From Aulosira sp. ZfuVER01 (GTDB taxonomy: Bacteria > Cyanobacteriota > Cyanobacteriia > Cyanobacteriales > Nostocaceae), in NCBI GenBank assembly GCA_034530615.2, contig JAVRCV020000052.1, positions 192,001 to 256,000 of the forward strand: DNA of 64,000 nucleotides. The letters are read 5' to 3'. The notes below the pieces were generated by a model. The model was given only the letters and a program-made list of their open reading frames with translations. It was not told the DNA's origin and did no database searches. The translations under genes were made by a program, and so were the position numbers. This document shows, in pieces, positions 8,889 through 18,608 of the stretch; within the stretch, counting starts at the first letter, position 1; each line of letters opens with the position of its first letter.

Positions 8889-10289
8889 ATGCATAAGGGT
8901 TTTTCGAGGCAGCTGCCACTTCTATTAACATTCTGCTTATTTACTGGCTTTTTACCCGCCTCTGGATCGGTTCTGTGTTCTGCATTTGCCCATGAAGAAT
9001 ATGGTAGAACAGCGAGAGATTATGGCACAGATGGCAGTAAAGGCACTGATGGACGGTCTGGTAGAAGTGGTCGCAACGCTGAAAACCAAACGATTTTTGT
9101 TGATGGTTCGCCTGTAAATCTCGAGCTGTCAGGTCAAGATGGTGAGGATGGTGAAGATGGGCAACGTGGTTATCGGCCTGACTGCGGTTATCAACCAGAT
9201 AATGTGAGTCACGATATCCACGCACCAGACGGCGGTGCTGGTGGTGATGGCGGTAAAGGGGGAGATGGAGGAAATGGTGGTTCCCTCACCGTCTATTACA
9301 GTAACTTGGCAGACTTACGGAAAATTGCAGTTCGTGCAACCGGAGGCGAAGGCGGACGCGGTGGACGTGGTGCTAACGGCGGAGTTGGTTGTAATTGTCG
9401 CAGACGCAGATGGGAAGTAAAAACTTGTACAGGAACTCCTGGTAGCCCAGATTATAAATGTACAGAAAAGACTTATCGATGCCATGACGGCAGTGATGGG
9501 CGATATGGCAGTGATGGTAGCAATGGTAGCCGAGGTCGCTTAGGAACTTTAAGTATTGTTCAAGCTAAAGAATCCTTAGCAGGCGATTTGCCAACTTTAC
9601 AAGCAGCAATTTCGGAATTTACAGGTAAGCAATTTAACCTCTCAAAAAACAAGTGGAATGTCCGCACAGGTGCAACTTCTTTACTTGCTCCTGGTTCTGC
9701 GATCGCAGATGAATACCGAGAGTTTGAGCAACGATTAGAAGGAACTTTTCAGTTGATTTGGCAAGAGAGGCAACCTATAACCAGCTTTGGCAATCAAGTC
9801 GCAAAGCTGAATTTGAATGACAACAAACAAGTCGAGATCGCTTTTCCTGAAGATTTATGGATTGAGGGTAGCAGCAAAACTGAGGCTAATTTGACAACCT
9901 TTACTGTTAACAATGCCATTTCTCAAAAAGATGTGACACGATTAGCGGTGGCAGAATTTGCTGGTGCAGAACAAAATCTCAACTTAAAAATAGTAGATTT
10001 GGCAGCAAAATCTCATGCCCTTCAGACTCAGTTTCGTGTTAAATTCCGGGCACAGGATAATTCTTCCGGCTTATCTGATTATCGGACTGTATATGAAGGT
10101 GACATCCCGGCTGAACTCGTGAACCGCGATTATAACCGTTTTATTCTCGCTTTAGGCAAGCTGCCAATTCCCGCCAGCGCCCTCGATCCAGGTGTCAAAG
10201 TTGATATAGAAGTGGTAGCAACTCGCTCATTAGGAGGACGTTCGGCAAAGCAAAGCATTAACTGGCAAGGTCAGATTCGGAGGAGGTGA
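8889..10289 (+). CDS. Secreted collagen-like (Gly-X-Y) protein
   Basis: Hydrophobic signal-like N-terminus; interrupted Gly-X-Y tracts (GTDGSKGTDGRSGRSG, GGAGGDGGKGGDGGNGG); Cys-rich insert; globular C-terminus. Confidence 0.8.
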   Translation: MHKGFSRQLPLLLTFCLFTGFLPASGSVLCSAFAHEEYGRTARDYGTDGSKGTDGRSGRSGRNAENQTIFVDGSPVNLELSGQDGEDGEDGQRGYRPDCGYQPDNVSHDIHAPDGGAGGDGGKGGDGGNGGSLTVYYSNLADLRKIAVRATGGEGGRGGRGANGGVGCNCRRRRWEVKTCTGTPGSPDYKCTEKTYRCHDGSDGRYGSDGSNGSRGRLGTLSIVQAKESLAGDLPTLQAAISEFTGKQFNLSKNKWNVRTGATSLLAPGSAIADEYREFEQRLEGTFQLIWQERQPITSFGNQVAKLNLNDNKQVEIAFPEDLWIEGSSKTEANLTTFTVNNAISQKDVTRLAVAEFAGAEQNLNLKIVDLAAKSHALQTQFRVKFRAQDNSSGLSDYRTVYEGDIPAELVNRDYNRFILALGKLPIPASALDPGVKVDIEVVATRSLGGRSAKQSINWQGQIRRR

Positions 10290-10385
10290 GGGGGATGAGG
10301 CAGGGGGACAAGGGGGACAAGGGAGAAATAACTAATTACTCTTGCCTATTGCCTTTTGACCCTTGACTCTTGACTCTTGACCAAT
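10290..10385. repeat. STRR-type short tandem repeats
   Basis: GGGGACAAG units and TTGACTC units. Confidence 0.75.
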
Positions 10386-10476
10386 AACACTTATTTGAAT
10401 CTTTTATAGATATAGGTCAGAAAGATTACCAAATCTCAAATATGATTTTATTTATTAATAATTTATTTAGATTTAT

Positions 10477-13119
10477 ATGTCGCTTCCTGTTCTGACTCAG
10501 CGATTTCGCAGTCTGTGGCAGCCAAGAAAAGGTTTAGCGATCGCAGAAGCTTCTGTTATCGGTCTGGTTGCGGCTCTATCAGCGGTGTTGCTCAAAGTTG
10601 GATCGGGATGGTTGGGGACATGGCGAGTTCATAGTTCCCACCTTTTACCAGCATGGCTGGCTTTACCTTTGGTGGGGATGGGTTTTGGATTTCTCGCAGG
10701 CTGGTTGGTGCAACGGTTTGCTCCAGAGGCATCAGGTAGCGGTATCCCTCAAGTTAAAGCTACGTTGGCTAATGTGCCGATGACTCTATCTTGGCGTGTA
10801 GCAGCGGTCAAGTTAATCAGCGCCATTATCGCTTTGGGTTCAGGTATAACTCTGGGGCGACAAGGCCCCACTGTTCAAGTAGGGGCTGGTTTGGCAGCAG
10901 GCATGAGTCGTTGGGTTCCTACTTCCCCAGATCACAGGCGGCAGATGATTGCGGCGGGTGCGGGTGCGGGTTTGGCAGCTGCTTTTAATGCCCCGATCGC
11001 AGGCGTACTGTTTATCATCGAAGAGTTACTCCATGACTTATCAGGAATAACTTTAGGAACTGCAATTATCGCCTCATTTATTGGTGGGGTGATATCGCGG
11101 CTATTGGGTGGTGGTAGCCTTGACCTGAATTTGCCTTCAACCGAATCCCTCAGTCAATTTTCGATCCCAGAAATTCCTTTTTTCTTACTGTTGGGTATCT
11201 TAGCTGGGTTGTTGGGTGCTTTATTTAATCAGGGTTTAGTTTTTAGTATAAAAATTTATCGGAGATTGCACGTCAGTTTACCACTAAGAGTAGCTTTAGC
11301 TGGTTTTGTTTCTGGTTGTGTTGTAGCATTACTCCCACCTTCTTTTCGTGATAATACAGGCTTGCGAGAATATTTAATTACTGGTGATTCTAATGCTTTA
11401 TTAGCAGCGATCGCTTTTGTCGCTCAGTTTCTGCTCACTTTGGTAGCGTTTGGTTCTGGCGCACCTGGAGGTTTATTTGCTCCCAGCCTGATTTTGGGTA
11501 CTTGTTTAGGACACATTATTGGTGTGTTTGAGTCCCAACTTTTGGGTGGAGGTTCCCCCGCTACCTACGCTTTAGCTGGAATGGGGGGATTTTTTAGCGC
11601 CGTTTCTAAAGTACCAATCACAGCGATTGTGATTGTGTTTGAGATGACTACAGATTTTAATCTGGTGCTACCTTTGATGATTGTGTCTGTGACTTCTTAC
11701 TTAGTTGCAGATAAGGTAGTGCCTGGTTCGCTTTATGAAAAACTTTTACAGTTAAACGGTATTACTTTAGCTAAAAACCTTCCTGTAGAAGGGATACTCA
11801 CAACTTTATCTGCTAAAGATGTTATGCAACAACGAGTGGAAACTCTCGATGTTGAGATGACTATTGATGAAGCTATCCAAGCATTTTCTCGTTCGCATCA
11901 TCGGGGTTTTCCCGTAGTAGAGGAAGGTAAACTAGTTGGAATTGTGACGCAAACCGATTTACTTAAAATCCGCGATCGCCAATCCCAAAGCGAGACTGCC
12001 ATCAAAGAAATCATGACCTCCAGCCCGATTTCAGTCACACCAACACACAATTTGCGGAATGTGCTGTATTTGCTAGATCGGTATCAAATCAGCCGCTTAC
12101 CAGTGGTGGAAGGACGAAAACTGATCGGCATTATTACCCGTGCAGATATTATCCGTGCCGAAGCCGATCATCTCAATTGTGAGAACGCCACTACAGGGCC
12201 GCAACCGGAACCATCTTATGTAGTGTACCAAACACGAGCACCGAACATCGGCAGAGGTAGATTGCTGGTGACAGTCGCTAATCCGGAGACAGCAGGGACT
12301 TTATTACAAATGGCCGCAGCCATTGCCCGCGATCGCCACTATGAAATTGAGTGCGTCCAAGTTATTTTAGTATCACGTCACAGTTCCCCCACCGAAACCC
12401 AAGTCAGGACAGCAAAAAGTCGTCGCTTATTACGACAAGCGGAAGTTTTAGCGAAAAAGTGGGACATTCCCCTGCATACACAGATTCGTGTAGCCCATGA
12501 TGTCGCCCAAGCAATTTTAGAGGCAATCAACGAACGTCACATCGATTTGATATTAATGGGCTGGAAAGGTAACACTTCCACCCCAGGTAGGATTTTTGGC
12601 ACAGTTGTCGATACCATCATTCGCCAAGCAACCTGCGATGTAGTGTTAGTGAAATTGGGTAATAGTCAAGAGTCAACTGTCAAGAGTCAACTGTCAACCC
12701 TCAACACTCAGCATACTTTCAATCGCTGGCTAGTACCTATGGCGGGTGGGCCTAATGCAAGGATGGCGATTAAATTACTTCCCGCTTTAGTGACATTAGG
12801 AAAAGACCCGCAAATCCGCCTGACACGGGTGTTTAAGCCATCGGAGTTAGCACCAGACATGACAGTTTTAGAACAAGCTATCCGCCACCTGATCCGCCGT
12901 CGCAAATTGTCTAGTACTGTATTTGCGTCTCCAGTCAAAGCTGATTCAGTGTCCCAAGGTGTGATTAACCTTGTAAAAAGCGAAGGTTACGATGTCGTAG
13001 TTTTGGGTGCATCCCGTGAGGGATTATTACAACAGGCAATTCAAGGTAATATTCCCGAAGCGATCGCCTCTGGTGTTGAAAGTACAGTAATTCTAGTTAG
13101 GGGTGCGATTAACAATTAA
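10477..13119 (+). CDS. ClC chloride channel/H+ antiporter with CBS pair and universal-stress domains
   Basis: GSGIP, LGRQGPTV, GLFAP motifs; two CBS domains (GFPVVEEGKLVGIVTQTD); two USP-like C-terminal domains. Confidence 0.92.
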   Translation: MSLPVLTQRFRSLWQPRKGLAIAEASVIGLVAALSAVLLKVGSGWLGTWRVHSSHLLPAWLALPLVGMGFGFLAGWLVQRFAPEASGSGIPQVKATLANVPMTLSWRVAAVKLISAIIALGSGITLGRQGPTVQVGAGLAAGMSRWVPTSPDHRRQMIAAGAGAGLAAAFNAPIAGVLFIIEELLHDLSGITLGTAIIASFIGGVISRLLGGGSLDLNLPSTESLSQFSIPEIPFFLLLGILAGLLGALFNQGLVFSIKIYRRLHVSLPLRVALAGFVSGCVVALLPPSFRDNTGLREYLITGDSNALLAAIAFVAQFLLTLVAFGSGAPGGLFAPSLILGTCLGHIIGVFESQLLGGGSPATYALAGMGGFFSAVSKVPITAIVIVFEMTTDFNLVLPLMIVSVTSYLVADKVVPGSLYEKLLQLNGITLAKNLPVEGILTTLSAKDVMQQRVETLDVEMTIDEAIQAFSRSHHRGFPVVEEGKLVGIVTQTDLLKIRDRQSQSETAIKEIMTSSPISVTPTHNLRNVLYLLDRYQISRLPVVEGRKLIGIITRADIIRAEADHLNCENATTGPQPEPSYVVYQTRAPNIGRGRLLVTVANPETAGTLLQMAAAIARDRHYEIECVQVILVSRHSSPTETQVRTAKSRRLLRQAEVLAKKWDIPLHTQIRVAHDVAQAILEAINERHIDLILMGWKGNTSTPGRIFGTVVDTIIRQATCDVVLVKLGNSQESTVKSQLSTLNTQHTFNRWLVPMAGGPNARMAIKLLPALVTLGKDPQIRLTRVFKPSELAPDMTVLEQAIRHLIRRRKLSSTVFASPVKADSVSQGVINLVKSEGYDVVVLGASREGLLQQAIQGNIPEAIASGVESTVILVRGAINN

Positions 13120-16100
13120 ACGTAATTTTAAATTCAGTTCCTTGCTGGCAATTCATCTCCAACTTGCCATTAATTTGCTTAACTAATCCTTGAACCAAGA
13201 TCAGCCCCAAAGTTTTAGCTTTGTGAATATCAAAATCTTGCGCCAGACCGATGCCATTATCTTGCACAATCAAAGTGAACGTGCGTTGATTGAGTTCCGC
13301 AAGAGGTTGGCTAGATTGAGAAAACATGACCTGAATTTCACCAGCGCCATCGCCTAGAAAAGCATATTTTAAGGCATTAGAAACGAGTTCGTTGATGATT
13401 AAGCCACAGGGAATAGCTTTTTCAATATCTAAATTCACATTTTCAACCTGAATGCTGAGTTTAATTTGCTGGGCGCTAATTTTGTAAGAGTCAAATAGAT
13501 AAACTGTTAAGTCTTGAATGTACTGAGCAAAATCAATATTGGCAAAGTCTTGAGAACGGTATAGTTTTTCATGTACTAAGGCAATGGAAGCAATGCGATT
13601 TTGACTATCGCGCAGGATGGTATTTGCTTGTGGATCGTGGATACGTCTGGATTGCATCTGTAGCAAGCCGCTGACAATGCCTAAATTATTCTTTACACGA
13701 TGATGAATTTCTTGGAGTAACACCTCTTTTTCTTTTAGAGATGATTCGATGCGTGCTTGGGATTGTTTGCGTTCAGTAATATCCTCAATGATGTATGAAA
13801 ATCTGGGGCATCCACTGGGGCTATTTTCAATCAGGCAAACACTTGCAGACAGCCACCGTTGTCTATTAGGTCTCTCATGCAGATATTCAAACCGGACTGG
13901 GGCCTGAGTCTGCTCTGCTTGACGGTAGTAACTCAGCCATTTTTGGATAGTAGCTTCGGGCACTCCTAAATCCCTAGCAAATCGATTCTGCATGGCTTCT
14001 GGAGTTGTGTCAAAAAATTCAGCTGCTGCTAGGTTATTGGCAATATTGAGAATGTCGTTGTCATGTATTTCAACAATCCCCATCAGCATTGCGCCACTGT
14101 TAAAGAAGCTGCTGAGGGTTGATTCACTCTGTTGTAAATCGGCGTTAATCTGAAGTAGCTCGGCGGTGCGTTCTTCGACCCGAATTTCTAGCTCTTCTTT
14201 GGATTTTCTCAGTGCAGCCTCAGCTTGTTTGCGCTCTGTAATATCGCGGAAGAAGATTCCTAATCCTTCAGTTGATGGGTAGGCATGAATTTCCAGCCAC
14301 AGATCATAATCAGGCGGAACATAGTAGTAATGCTCAAAGTGAACAGGAACCTGGTGTGTCATTGCATATCGATACTGATATTCCAAGTTACTGCCAACTG
14401 AAGCAGGCCATTCTTCCCAATGGGTTTTTCCCAGCACCTCGCTGCGGGGCTTATTATTGTTAACTCTTTCTCCTGCGGCATTTTGGTAGATAATCCGCCA
14501 GTCTTTATCGAGTGCCACAAAGGCATCCGTCATACTTTCTAAAATGTGGGATAGTCGAGCCGCAGTTGCTTCAGCCTCCTGTTGGGCTTTTTCGGCACTG
14601 AGGCGTAGTGCCTGTTCCCTCAGGGCGGTTTCTTTGCGGATCTGCGCCATCTTTAAATTGGCTTCTACACGTGCCAACAATTCGCGGGTGGAGAAGGGTT
14701 TAGTCAGATAATCATCTGCTCCTGCTTGCAGTCCTTCAATGCGTGACTCTTCACCAGCACGGGCAGAAAGAAGTACAATCGGTAATTCTCGCGTCATTGG
14801 GTCTGCACGCAGTTCCCGTAGTAGCGCAAAACCATCCAACCGGGGCATCATCACGTCTGTTAAAACCAGATCGGGAAGGCGTTGATGAATGGCATTCAGC
14901 GCCGCCATGCCGTCTTCTACTGCTTCTACTTCATATCTTTGCCCTAGCAGTCGCTTAACGTAGTCCCGCATATCGGCATTGTCATCAACAATGAGGATAT
15001 GGGCAGAGGACGGAAGGGGTAAGGGGGACAAGGGAGACAAGGGGAGCCACTGCGTTGCGCGGGTTTCCCGCGTTGTAGCAAGTGGCGTGGACAGGGGGGA
15101 CAGGGGGGACAAGGAAGAATTTTCTTCTGCTTGTTTTGGTAGCCACCGCCAAGCTTCTTCAACGTAGGGAGTGGCTCCCATCGCTGTTGATGTCAGGATG
15201 CGAGATGCACCAATTCGTTCCTTTGGCAGATGGGCAAATCCTGTGGGAATGGAGACGGTAAAACAACTGCCCTGTCCTAATTGACTGGTAACATCGACGC
15301 TGCCACCATGCAGTTTGACTAATTCCTGTACTAGCGACAAGCCAATGCCTGAGCCTTCAAAACTACGTCCCTGCGCACCTTTAATTCTGTGGAAGCGTTC
15401 AAATAAATGGGAAATTTCCTCAGGGGGAATGCCAATACCCGTATCTGCAATTGCTAACTCAACGCGATCGCCTAAACTCTGCAAGCTAACGCTAATTGTG
15501 CCAGTAAATGTAAACTTAAATGCGTTCGATAACAGATTCAGCACAATTTTTTCCCACATTTCTCGATCGATGTAAATCTCTACAGGCAAAGGGGGACACT
15601 CTACGATTAAAGACATACCAGCGCGTTCAATCAGCGACCGAAATGTACTGGCAATCTCTGCTGTAAATGTTGCTAAATCCGTCGGCTCATATACTGCTTG
15701 AATTCTTCCTGCTTCAATCCGTGAGAAATCGAGGAGTGTATTCACGAGTTTGAGCAAACGCAGGCTATTGCGTTGTACGATTTCCAGGCGATCTCGTTGT
15801 GTAGGTGGTAAAGGGTTTGCGGTATCGACTAAAGCATCCTCTACAGGAGCCAGCATCAGGGTCAGCGGTGTGCGAAACTCATGAGAAACATTGCTAAAAA
15901 AGATGGTTTTGGCCCGATCTATCTCTGCGAGGGCTTCTGCGCGTTGCCGTTCAGTTTCATAGGCACGAGCATCTGCGATCGCAGTGGTAATCTGTCCGGC
16001 TACTAAATCCCAGAAGCCTTGATAATCATCGTCAAACTGGCGGCGGGAACTGATCCCAACAATTAAAAATCCACTGAGTCGCAACTGTCCCGGTGTGGTT

Positions 16101-17017
16101 AGGGGTAAGACAAAAGCGCAGTTTGGTGATTCTGGCCAAGCACCTCCAGGCAAATCTCCAAATTTTGATTGTACATCGTGGACTAACTGACTTTTACCAT
16201 CGGCAAAGACGGTAGAAAGTGACCAGCGATCGCATATTTCCGATCCCATCTCAATTTCTGGGGGGCTGGCTGGAGTTCCTGGAGCTAATCTAGTTGTACC
16301 TACCAGTCGTGCTCGCGATCCGCTATCATCCAGCAAATACAGCAGAGCAAAGGGTACATCATAGGGGTTATTGGCTAAGATCTCGGCAGAAATTTCACAA
16401 GCATTTTCGACGGTTTTAGCCTCGGCGGTATTAGCGGCTAGTTCTCGTAAACTATGTAGACGGCGATCGCCTATTACCCGCTTTGTTTCCTCAGTTACAG
16501 CACAAAATATACCACCCCTTTGGCCATCATCGTCCGGCACTGGACTGTAAGAGAAGGTAAAGTAGGTTTCCTCTGGGTAGCCATTGCGCTCCATAATCAG
16601 GAGCAAGTCTTCATTCCAAGAGGACTTGCCTGCATTTAAAACTGCCTCAGCTTGCGATCCCACTACATCCCACACATCTGCCCATACTTCAGAAGCAGGC
16701 TGACCCAAAGCTGCGGGGTGACGCTGACCAAGCATGGGGGCGTAACCATCATTGTAAAAGTTGGTCATCTGCTGTCCCCACCAGATAAACATGGGGTAAC
16801 GGGAACCCAAGATAATCCGAACAGCAGTTTTTAAGCTTTGCGGCCATTGCTCCACAAGCCCTAAGGGCGTTTGCGACCAGTCGTGCGATCGCATTAAGCT
16901 ACACATTTCGCCATCACCAGCAAATAAGCTTTGCAGCAGGTCAGATCTAATTAGTTCCGCACGATCCGCCGATGTTTGACATGGTTTCTCCACTTGCTTC
17001 TCCGCCCTTTTCGGCAA
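13109..17017 (-). CDS. Hybrid sensor kinase: PAS/GAF-HisKA-HATPase-REC-PAS-PAS-HisKA_2-HATPase (start codon uncertain)
   Basis: FFSNVSHEFRTPL, NLLSNAFKFT, DTGIG; REC ILIVDDN...DVMMP; second kinase EIHHRVKNNL, NELVSNALKY, QDNGIG. Confidence 0.92.
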   Translation of the reverse strand: MPKRAEKQVEKPCQTSADRAELIRSDLLQSLFAGDGEMCSLMRSHDWSQTPLGLVEQWPQSLKTAVRIILGSRYPMFIWWGQQMTNFYNDGYAPMLGQRHPAALGQPASEVWADVWDVVGSQAEAVLNAGKSSWNEDLLLIMERNGYPEETYFTFSYSPVPDDDGQRGGIFCAVTEETKRVIGDRRLHSLRELAANTAEAKTVENACEISAEILANNPYDVPFALLYLLDDSGSRARLVGTTRLAPGTPASPPEIEMGSEICDRWSLSTVFADGKSQLVHDVQSKFGDLPGGAWPESPNCAFVLPLTTPGQLRLSGFLIVGISSRRQFDDDYQGFWDLVAGQITTAIADARAYETERQRAEALAEIDRAKTIFFSNVSHEFRTPLTLMLAPVEDALVDTANPLPPTQRDRLEIVQRNSLRLLKLVNTLLDFSRIEAGRIQAVYEPTDLATFTAEIASTFRSLIERAGMSLIVECPPLPVEIYIDREMWEKIVLNLLSNAFKFTFTGTISVSLQSLGDRVELAIADTGIGIPPEEISHLFERFHRIKGAQGRSFEGSGIGLSLVQELVKLHGGSVDVTSQLGQGSCFTVSIPTGFAHLPKERIGASRILTSTAMGATPYVEEAWRWLPKQAEENSSLSPLSPLSTPLATTRETRATQWLPLSPLSPLPLPSSAHILIVDDNADMRDYVKRLLGQRYEVEAVEDGMAALNAIHQRLPDLVLTDVMMPRLDGFALLRELRADPMTRELPIVLLSARAGEESRIEGLQAGADDYLTKPFSTRELLARVEANLKMAQIRKETALREQALRLSAEKAQQEAEATAARLSHILESMTDAFVALDKDWRIIYQNAAGERVNNNKPRSEVLGKTHWEEWPASVGSNLEYQYRYAMTHQVPVHFEHYYYVPPDYDLWLEIHAYPSTEGLGIFFRDITERKQAEAALRKSKEELEIRVEERTAELLQINADLQQSESTLSSFFNSGAMLMGIVEIHDNDILNIANNLAAAEFFDTTPEAMQNRFARDLGVPEATIQKWLSYYRQAEQTQAPVRFEYLHERPNRQRWLSASVCLIENSPSGCPRFSYIIEDITERKQSQARIESSLKEKEVLLQEIHHRVKNNLGIVSGLLQMQSRRIHDPQANTILRDSQNRIASIALVHEKLYRSQDFANIDFAQYIQDLTVYLFDSYKISAQQIKLSIQVENVNLDIEKAIPCGLIINELVSNALKYAFLGDGAGEIQVMFSQSSQPLAELNQRTFTLIVQDNGIGLAQDFDIHKAKTLGLILVQGLVKQINGKLEMNCQQGTEFKITFNC
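15045..15088 (+). mobile_element. 44-nt structured small dispersed repeat inserted in frame in the kinase gene
   Basis: AGCCACTGCGTTGCGCGGGTTTCCCGCGTTGTAGCAAGTGGCGT inside a GGGGACAAG STRR tract. Confidence 0.8.
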
Positions 17018-17252
17018 GATTGCTCAGAAAAAATATTGTTCTATTTATTAGAGCGTGTAAATTTGATTTTCAGGGTTTCGTAGAATTAATTCCGATTAAA
17101 TTATCTCTTGCCTAATCGGCTAAAAGCTGCTAAAGCAAAAAAATTTACCTGAAAATAGTGCCTGCAAGGACGGAAACAAGCTGATAATCTTTGCAATTAC
17201 CAGCTATTTTTCATACTTTTGTTTTGAGCGATCGCCTGCGGTGGAGTGTAAT

Positions 17253-17282
17253 AAAAAAAAACAAAGCCTGCAAAGGCAGGCT
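17253..17282 (-). terminator. Rho-independent terminator of the WGxxGxxG gene
   Basis: AGCCTGC-aaag-GCAGGCT stem with an A-run on +, i.e. a U tract on -. Confidence 0.65.
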
Positions 17283-17334
17283 GCAACTTAAACTTCTTGG
17301 GAGGATTTACGGGAAATTGCAGGATGTCTTGGTA

Positions 17335-17640
17335 TTAAAAGTTAGAACGTGAAGAGGAGCCTACTACATCACGGTTGCTATAAGCAGTGTCATCGTGTCT
17401 GCGGCTCTTACGTCCAAATAGACCAAACAAACCTAGTAAACCAAGCAAACCCCAATCGCCATCTGCATAATTACCGTCAGTTACAGGGCGGTCTGTGGTG
17501 GTAGTCGTATCTGTAGTCGTGGTTGTGCCATCAGGATTAGTTGTTGTTTGGGCAGAAGCAGGTAATACTGTAGGCACAATCGCTAAACTTAGCGCTAGAA
17601 CAGTACTTCCCAGAACTTTGTTCAAATTAGAGTGTTTCAT
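17335..17640 (-). CDS. WGxxGxxG-CTERM family small surface protein
   Basis: Signal peptide ending PASAQ, Thr-rich linker, DWGLLGLLGLFGLFG followed by basic RKSRR. Confidence 0.88.
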   Translation of the reverse strand: MKHSNLNKVLGSTVLALSLAIVPTVLPASAQTTTNPDGTTTTTDTTTTTDRPVTDGNYADGDWGLLGLLGLFGLFGRKSRRHDDTAYSNRDVVGSSSRSNF

Positions 17641-17796
17641 AATTAAGTCCCCACTTGAATTTCTGTAAGCAATAGTTACAGCTTATGAAGTTATCAAGGA
17701 GCTAGAATCTTTCGTTAGCTGGAGATGCATCTCCGCTTGAAGTCGCATTTTCGATCGTTCGCCGGGTAAGGTAGTAGTAGATAGCAAACGTTTCAC

Positions 17797-18417
17797 TCAA
17801 ATCTCTCGAATCCAGAGAGCCAATCCTCCCCCACGACCGCGAGCTGCAATAAAATCTTTTGTAACTAAAAAGAAGGCAAAGAAAGGTAATTTAGCTATAG
17901 GCTGGCTGTAAAAATCTCCGTTTTGCACCTGACCAGAGCGAATCTGTCCGTTGTAAACAACACGACTAAACAGGCTAATTTGCATTTGGGTAAAATCAAA
18001 CGCCAATAAATTCTTCTTGTCTAAATATTTTGCTGGCCCCGTTAGTTTTACTAACACCGAGCCTACTTGCACCTGATTTGTAATTTCGCCTCTACCCAAA
18101 TCCTCTTCTGAACTCGCATTAAAGGAAATATGCGCTGCTGCAAATTTGGGCATATACAAACCCTTACCTAAGACAATTCCTCCCCGTTTTCTCACCTTAC
18201 GAGTCCCAGTAGCAAAGCAAAGCCGCCATTTGCCAACAAGAGACTCAAAGTTATAAGCTAATCGTTCTTGTTTGGCAGTTTTTTCCGCTGCTAGCAACGC
18301 ATCCACTAGCAAAGAAGCAGTCGGAAGTTTACCACCCTCGCCTCGATAAGCAGCCGTAGCTTGAGATAATGCCTGTAAAAAATCAGGTGTAGCCGTAGAT
18401 GTTAGATCAGCCGTCAT
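17797..18417 (-). CDS. Conserved hypothetical protein (PAP/fibrillin-like)
   Basis: LVGKWRLCF and KLPFFAFF...IAARGRGGGLALW motifs. Confidence 0.65.
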   Translation of the reverse strand: MTADLTSTATPDFLQALSQATAAYRGEGGKLPTASLLVDALLAAEKTAKQERLAYNFESLVGKWRLCFATGTRKVRKRGGIVLGKGLYMPKFAAAHISFNASSEEDLGRGEITNQVQVGSVLVKLTGPAKYLDKKNLLAFDFTQMQISLFSRVVYNGQIRSGQVQNGDFYSQPIAKLPFFAFFLVTKDFIAARGRGGGLALWIREI

Positions 18418-18608
18418 GAACCCACTCTAGATTTAAATTACTCTTTGTCTTCTATTCTCCACCTATTTTCCATAGCAGTTACATACACTCACTCTATGAG
18501 TTATTGAAATGTAGGGTATCTTGTTGCGTAGCACAACGTACTATTAATAATTCAATGGATTGGTATAAAGCTTTGCGGTTGCAAATAGAGGAAGGATAGC
18601 CGCTACTT

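Noticed and set aside
17664..17680. NtcA site upstream of the WGxxGxxG gene
   Set aside because: Spacing is GTA-N9-TAC, not N8; the palindrome at 28748-28763 also has the wrong spacing.
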